A stretch of DNA of 20,000 nucleotides from an uncultured virus (IMG/VR IMGVR_UViG_3300032316_001177) (lineage: Duplodnaviria; Heunggongvirae; Uroviricota; Caudoviricetes), in IMG/VR virus record IMGVR_UViG_3300032316_001177; one strand, written 5' to 3'. A program made the translations under genes and the position numbers. Numbering within the stretch: position 1 is the stretch's first letter; each line of letters begins with the position of its first letter. Positions 15,593 through 20,000 of this stretch are shown here, piece by piece. The notes beneath the pieces were generated by a model, which searched no databases, was not told where the DNA came from, and saw only the letters and a program-made list of their open reading frames with translations.

Positions 15593-17857
15593 ATGAGCGA
15601 TAGCAAGTCAGCGTTAGATTCTATCCTCAAATCCGTTGTCAGTCGAGACGGAGGTGGCTCTGCGGACACCATGCTGGTGAATGCACACCTTGCCCAAATG
15701 AAAATGTTTGGGATTCGTCAAGGCGTGGAATTTTATCCTGACCAGGATAATTTCGGTACACAGCGATTTGATTTTGTTCAACAAGTAATTCGGTTTAATA
15801 AACTTGATGCAAGGTTGGATTCCATCTGGGATCGGTTTCTTGCATTTGGAAAAGGTTTATTCTATATAAGGCCTACAAAAAAAACTTATCGTTTATATTG
15901 GTTTGATAAAGATGCTTACCGTTCATATTATAGTCCCGACGGCGAACTAGAAGAAGTAATAATTATCTATCCTTATAAAGTAAAATCAAATCGTGGTTTT
16001 TCTGGAGTAGGTTTATCAACAGATAAACGCTACATGAGATTAAGAATTACAGCAACTGAAATTGAAGAGTATCATAGTGAGCAAGAATTAAATTTTGATT
16101 CAACATTAGAGTTTGCAACGTTAGGGAAGAAGACAGTTATAAACACAATGCAATTTATTCCTTGTGTTGAAGTTTTTAATAATCCAGATGCTTTTGGGAC
16201 AGAGGGTAGTGGTGAATTTGAGTGGCTAAGCAATCAAATTATTGCCCACGATGAGATGGTAAAAAATATTAGGGCTAATCTTTCTTTCTTTGGGAACCCA
16301 ACTTTACTTTCTTCCCGTCCTAAGCAAGATATTATTGAGCAAAAAGATGGAGATGTTTCTCAAAGACCAAGTATTGCAAGCCAGTCTGGGTTCCAATCTG
16401 ACTTTCCGCTTTCAAGTTCTACTTATCGCCAAGATAATGTAACCAGACAAGCCCCTGGATATATTGGACGACCCGGTACTGGGATGAGAGTTCCACGTGT
16501 TATTGCAAACCTTGAGCCTACGGACCGCGTTGGTTTTATTACCCCCAATGCAATAAGCACCGATCAAGCAAGATACGCAGAACAGTTACGCTCCGAGATA
16601 CGTTTAGCCCTTGGAGGAATTGATGACTTAAGTATTACAAATGTAACTGCAACTGAAATTAAATCAGCTTACGGTCGCGTAAGTGCTACAGCTAAGAAAA
16701 AATGTTTGCAAATTTATACATACGGAATTTGTAGATGTTTTGAGTTAATGATTTTTCAAGAAGAACAAATATTTAGGAAAACACTTGCTTTTAGTTCTGG
16801 TTTAAAGTATCCTGATCCACCTGAAGACTCAGAAGATCCAAAACTTGAAGCAAAGTATGAGAAAGCAAAAGCTAAGTATGAACAGGGTTTACAAGCCGCA
16901 ATTGATAACGCAATACAAACAAAAACAATACCGCCAGGGGTTTTAGGTCTTGCCCCAGATGGGGATAGAACCGTTTGTTGGCGATGGATGGGTCCTGTTT
17001 ATGAAGACACCGCTCAAGATAAACTTAACCAATCTATCTTTACACGTAACCTACAGGAATTAGGTGTTGATAGCATTGAAGCACTGAAGTATTTGTTCCC
17101 TTCAAAAACGGACGACGAAATCGCAGGCATGCTCTCCGGTTTCCCGTTCCGCATGGTGGGTGAAGTACAGAGGGCGATGTCTACTTTCATTGACCTGGTT
17201 AACCAGCAAATGAGGACCCCGCATCCGCAGCAGCCGGATATACCGATGGCTGCGGACCCACGTCTTGATCTTACACCGTTCCTTTACCGAACTCTCGAAA
17301 GCCTACAAAAAGAGGTAACCTATGCAGGCCGATACCGCAATGCCGACCCAATCGGCACCCCAAGTATCTCAGACCCAACCGATCAGCTACGCGGCTCCAG
17401 TTTCTCAAACAGCAGCCTACGCGCCGACGGTTTCAACAACGTCCCAATGGGTGGCGCCTTACCAGCAGGTAACGGCCCCAGCACCGCAAATGCAGGCCCA
17501 GATGGGCGTCCCCCAGACGCAATACAGCCCTACAGCGTCGTACCCCCAAGCTTACCAGGCGTCCCCACAATCGCCCCAGTCGGAGAATCCTTACAAGGAG
17601 GCATTCAACAGGGTAGTAGGACTCCTGAGTTCGCCGGTGCAATTCCCGTTCCAGGGTCAACAGTCTCAAACGAGTCCGCAGTACGCCCCGGCCAACTACA
17701 GTTCCCAAGTGGCTCCCCAGTACAGCAGCGCGGGGACGCAGACCTATACGCCTGGGATCAACAGCAACCAGGGTTACTCCAACGGTTATTCCCAAACTTC
17801 TCAGGAACTAACCAGGGACCAGCTCCAAGCAAACGGAGTAAGCGAAGCAAGTCTTAG
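15593..17857 (+). CDS. Portal protein with a long G/P-rich C-terminal extension
   Basis: Position after TerL and size. IPCVEVFNN...GSGEFE.L...I..HD......NL.FFGNP resembles the SPP1-gp6-type portal core. Confidence 0.85.
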   Translation: MSDSKSALDSILKSVVSRDGGGSADTMLVNAHLAQMKMFGIRQGVEFYPDQDNFGTQRFDFVQQVIRFNKLDARLDSIWDRFLAFGKGLFYIRPTKKTYRLYWFDKDAYRSYYSPDGELEEVIIIYPYKVKSNRGFSGVGLSTDKRYMRLRITATEIEEYHSEQELNFDSTLEFATLGKKTVINTMQFIPCVEVFNNPDAFGTEGSGEFEWLSNQIIAHDEMVKNIRANLSFFGNPTLLSSRPKQDIIEQKDGDVSQRPSIASQSGFQSDFPLSSSTYRQDNVTRQAPGYIGRPGTGMRVPRVIANLEPTDRVGFITPNAISTDQARYAEQLRSEIRLALGGIDDLSITNVTATEIKSAYGRVSATAKKKCLQIYTYGICRCFELMIFQEEQIFRKTLAFSSGLKYPDPPEDSEDPKLEAKYEKAKAKYEQGLQAAIDNAIQTKTIPPGVLGLAPDGDRTVCWRWMGPVYEDTAQDKLNQSIFTRNLQELGVDSIEALKYLFPSKTDDEIAGMLSGFPFRMVGEVQRAMSTFIDLVNQQMRTPHPQQPDIPMAADPRLDLTPFLYRTLESLQKEVTYAGRYRNADPIGTPSISDPTDQLRGSSFSNSSLRADGFNNVPMGGALPAGNGPSTANAGPDGRPPDAIQPYSVVPPSLPGVPTIAPVGESLQGGIQQGSRTPEFAGAIPVPGSTVSNESAVRPGQLQFPSGSPVQQRGDADLYAWDQQQPGLLQRLFPNFSGTNQGPAPSKRSKRSKS

Positions 17858-18329
17858 TGTAATTGATCATTTCGGTGCTGATTGTCCAGTAATCCTTAAT
17901 GATTATTCTTGCAAAATTGAAGACGCTCTTATTGTTACCAATAACCAGTTAATTCACGCAGTTAATCTTCTTAAAGAGCTGTCCGCTGAGCATAAAGCTT
18001 ACGAGACAATTCTTACAGATCCTGATGTACTCGCTGATTATACTTGCGAGTTCTTCGGTGAAAATGGTCCTTACCCTGTTCCCGATGAATCAGTTTCTTA
18101 TAGCAGGCCTGTTGGTCAACAGTTTGTTAACCCAGCTGTTGCTCCTCAGTATCAGCGTCCTGACATGCCAGTTCCTCCTCAGCCTCAGCAAACACAAGGC
18201 AATCCAGCGGATTTCTGGAATAGTTTTGGTTCGTTGGCTGACCGTGACCCCGCTAATGCATGGCGCTATTTGAATGCAGCACAACAAAATCCTGATGTAT
18301 TCCGCCAGAAACTTCTGGTAATGGAATGA
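17322..18329 (+). CDS. Putative capsid scaffolding/assembly protein
   Basis: GAGG Shine-Dalgarno before the ATG and an in-frame stop just upstream. Q/P/S/Y-rich N-half, helical acidic C-half; lies between portal and capsid. Confidence 0.7.
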   Translation: MQADTAMPTQSAPQVSQTQPISYAAPVSQTAAYAPTVSTTSQWVAPYQQVTAPAPQMQAQMGVPQTQYSPTASYPQAYQASPQSPQSENPYKEAFNRVVGLLSSPVQFPFQGQQSQTSPQYAPANYSSQVAPQYSSAGTQTYTPGINSNQGYSNGYSQTSQELTRDQLQANGVSEASLSVIDHFGADCPVILNDYSCKIEDALIVTNNQLIHAVNLLKELSAEHKAYETILTDPDVLADYTCEFFGENGPYPVPDESVSYSRPVGQQFVNPAVAPQYQRPDMPVPPQPQQTQGNPADFWNSFGSLADRDPANAWRYLNAAQQNPDVFRQKLLVME

Positions 18330-18359
18330 TCATTAGTTGATCTATTAAGTTTAGAATAT

Positions 18360-18385
18360 GGGGTAGTAAGTGCTACCCCTTTTTT
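18360..18385 (+). terminator. Intrinsic terminator
   Basis: GGGGTAGT-aagt-GCTACCCC followed by TTTTTT. Confidence 0.85.
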
Positions 18386-18405
18386 ATTAAATATAGAGAC
18401 ATAAA

Positions 18406-18906
18406 ATGTTTAATGCGCCACCGAACGTACAATCCGTTGTTTCCAGTGCTGGAGAAGCAGTTAAGAGCGGTGTTCAAGCAACGGAAAAAGTAGGAAAACG
18501 TGCGGCTAATTTTATTGCTGCAATTGGAACAAGTGGCGGTCCTGTTGGATCCGCTGCGTTAATTGGATTTGGAGCCGGTGCGGTTACCGGTGCATTGGCA
18601 ACTGCTTACCAACGTGAGCAAGGACTACATCGAATGGCTGGAGAAGCTATTGAAATTGGTAGCCCACACTCACAAAGTGTAGTAATGCCCCCGGATCTAC
18701 AAGCTGGATATTTAAATTTAAATACTTTTGGATCACCTCTACCAACACATGGGTTAATGGGTGCGCATAACTTGCGTGCCTCACAAAGAATCCAAGATCA
18801 GGCAACTGCATCTGCACAGCAATATATCTCAGCATATATGCCTCAAACAGGTCAGCTTCCTTTTGGAGAAGTAACTCAACAACCACAACAAAAAGGTCGC
18901 CGCTAA
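18406..18906 (+). CDS. Hypothetical virion-associated protein with a G/A-rich hydrophobic segment
   Basis: ORF track; carries RMAGE; TAATG coupling to the next gene. Confidence 0.8.
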   Translation: MFNAPPNVQSVVSSAGEAVKSGVQATEKVGKRAANFIAAIGTSGGPVGSAALIGFGAGAVTGALATAYQREQGLHRMAGEAIEIGSPHSQSVVMPPDLQAGYLNLNTFGSPLPTHGLMGAHNLRASQRIQDQATASAQQYISAYMPQTGQLPFGEVTQQPQQKGRR

Positions 18907-19205
18907 TGGACCACAACAAAGCCAAGAAAGCTAAAACAAAAGCTAAAGCACGCAGCACACAAAAAAAATCCTCCCAAGAACAAGTTGCTCAGCAACAGGC
19001 TGCCACAGCACAGATGATGGCAATGTCTCAGCAACAGGGTCAGGGTTTTATTAATCCAGAAGTGCAAGCACAGCAAATTGCTTTACAAACACCAACAACT
19101 AATCCTTATCACATGATGGGAGCAATGGCGCCTACAGCTTACCGTTATGGAAACATGGTAGATGGTTACTCTGGAGTCGATCCACAATTCCGTCCAATGG
19201 GTTAA
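18906..19205 (+). CDS. Small protein with a Lys-rich N-terminus and Gln/Met-rich body
   Basis: ORF track; coupled start. Confidence 0.8.
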   Translation: MDHNKAKKAKTKAKARSTQKKSSQEQVAQQQAATAQMMAMSQQQGQGFINPEVQAQQIALQTPTTNPYHMMGAMAPTAYRYGNMVDGYSGVDPQFRPMG

Positions 19206-19226
19206 TAATCGAGGTAAGTAAGTCTT

Positions 19227-19235
19227 TGCTATAAT
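19227..19235 (+). promoter_or_regulatory. Extended -10 promoter for the capsid gene
   Basis: Perfect TGcTATAAT about 80 nt upstream of ATG 19317. Confidence 0.7.
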
Positions 19236-19316
19236 TTTATTAATGGAGCAAATGTTCCAGATACTTTGAGGTAATTAACCTCAGGTTTCAGCTAATCCTT
19301 ACGCTGAGTAACCACT

Positions 19317-20000
19317 ATGTTTATCGATAACGACTTTCCCAAGCTGTTGGGCGCGGAGCTGTACCGCCCTCACCCAGCATATATCGTGGAGATGGCGGCG
19401 GAGCCCGTCGTGGTCCATGACTTCACTAAACAGCCAGGACAGACTGTGCAGCTGGACCGTTATCGTTTCTGGGGCAACCCTGGGACAAAGACCAGCCGCG
19501 AGCGTACCCAAGATCAAACTATCGGTACTGCTAGCAGTCGTGCAATCGTAAAAGACAAGGTTCTTGTTTCTTTGCGTGAGTACACTGGTCCTGCCGACCC
19601 TAATAATACAAACCTTCCCAGCACTTTTAAGATTGCTAGGGAGACCCTGATGACCGCTCAGCGTCTTCTTTTGGACTCCGGGAACCTTAATATGTTCCAC
19701 CAGTCCATCGGTTCGTTGACACTTTTGGATGATTATCGTCGCTGGAGGGACCGTGTGTTCCTTGATGAGATGGCAAAATCCGAATCCCGTGGTGCATCTG
19801 GCGACACACAGGGTGGTTACTACTACCCCAATGGTAAAGCCAAGTCTTCTTCTACTGTACTTAGCTCTTATAGTGCTACCGAATACGCTTCTGAGCGTTA
19901 CAAGTTTAACGTAAAGACCGACCTCCTAGAGGTTGTTCGTCAACTGCGTAAGCGTAACGTTCCTGTATTCCAAGACGGTTACTATCGTTGTATTGCTGAC
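19317..20000 (+). CDS. Major capsid protein, 5' part (MFIDNDFPKLLGAELYRPHPAYIVEMAAEPVVVHDFTKQPGQTVQLDRYRFWG...)
   Basis: Not in the ORF track because there is no stop in the window; 228 open codons. Position after portal/scaffold, own strong promoter, and a D....G.TV...R pattern like the HK97-fold E-loop. Confidence 0.8.
   Translation, partial: MFIDNDFPKLLGAELYRPHPAYIVEMAAEPVVVHDFTKQPGQTVQLDRYRFWGNPGTKTSRERTQDQTIGTASSRAIVKDKVLVSLREYTGPADPNNTNLPSTFKIARETLMTAQRLLLDSGNLNMFHQSIGSLTLLDDYRRWRDRVFLDEMAKSESRGASGDTQGGYYYPNGKAKSSSTVLSSYSATEYASERYKFNVKTDLLEVVRQLRKRNVPVFQDGYYRCIAD

Noticed and set aside
6172..19914. Short antisense or alternate-frame ORFs inside late genes (6172, 6609, 6913, 7844, 8218, 9515, 11202, 11414, 12079, 13740, 14179, 15118, 17433, 18025, 18090, 18647, 19299, 19729)
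   Set aside because: Almost all nested within longer, better-supported genes; 19299 and 19729 overlap the open capsid frame.

Overview
A 20-kb segment of a tailed dsDNA phage genome with two divergent arms. The host cannot be read from the sequence; the gene style suggests an aquatic, possibly cyanobacterial, phage, but that is only an impression. Left arm (1-4440, minus strand): about 16 small early-type genes, including an SSB. Nearly every intergenic gap holds a repeated structured element: three tRNA-top-half-like T-loop junctions, two pseudoknot families showing compensatory base changes, and a repeated hairpin/TGCTTCG motif. 4525-5410 is a non-coding divergence region with an extended -10 promoter and 22-bp tandem repeats. 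Right arm (5411-20000, plus strand): a run of Gly/Ala/Gln-rich probable virion or ejection proteins, then putative TerS, TerL, an AbrB-like gene, portal, a scaffold-like gene overlapping the portal by 536 nt, two small genes and the start of the major capsid gene. The most notable signals are (i) the RNA-structure punctuation of the early region, (ii) an R-[FLMY]-A-G-[EQT] motif shared by six otherwise unrelated late proteins, (iii) a protein with 14 in-register 11-aa repeats, and (iv) the long portal/scaffold dual-coding overlap. All assignments were made by eye; no searches were run.
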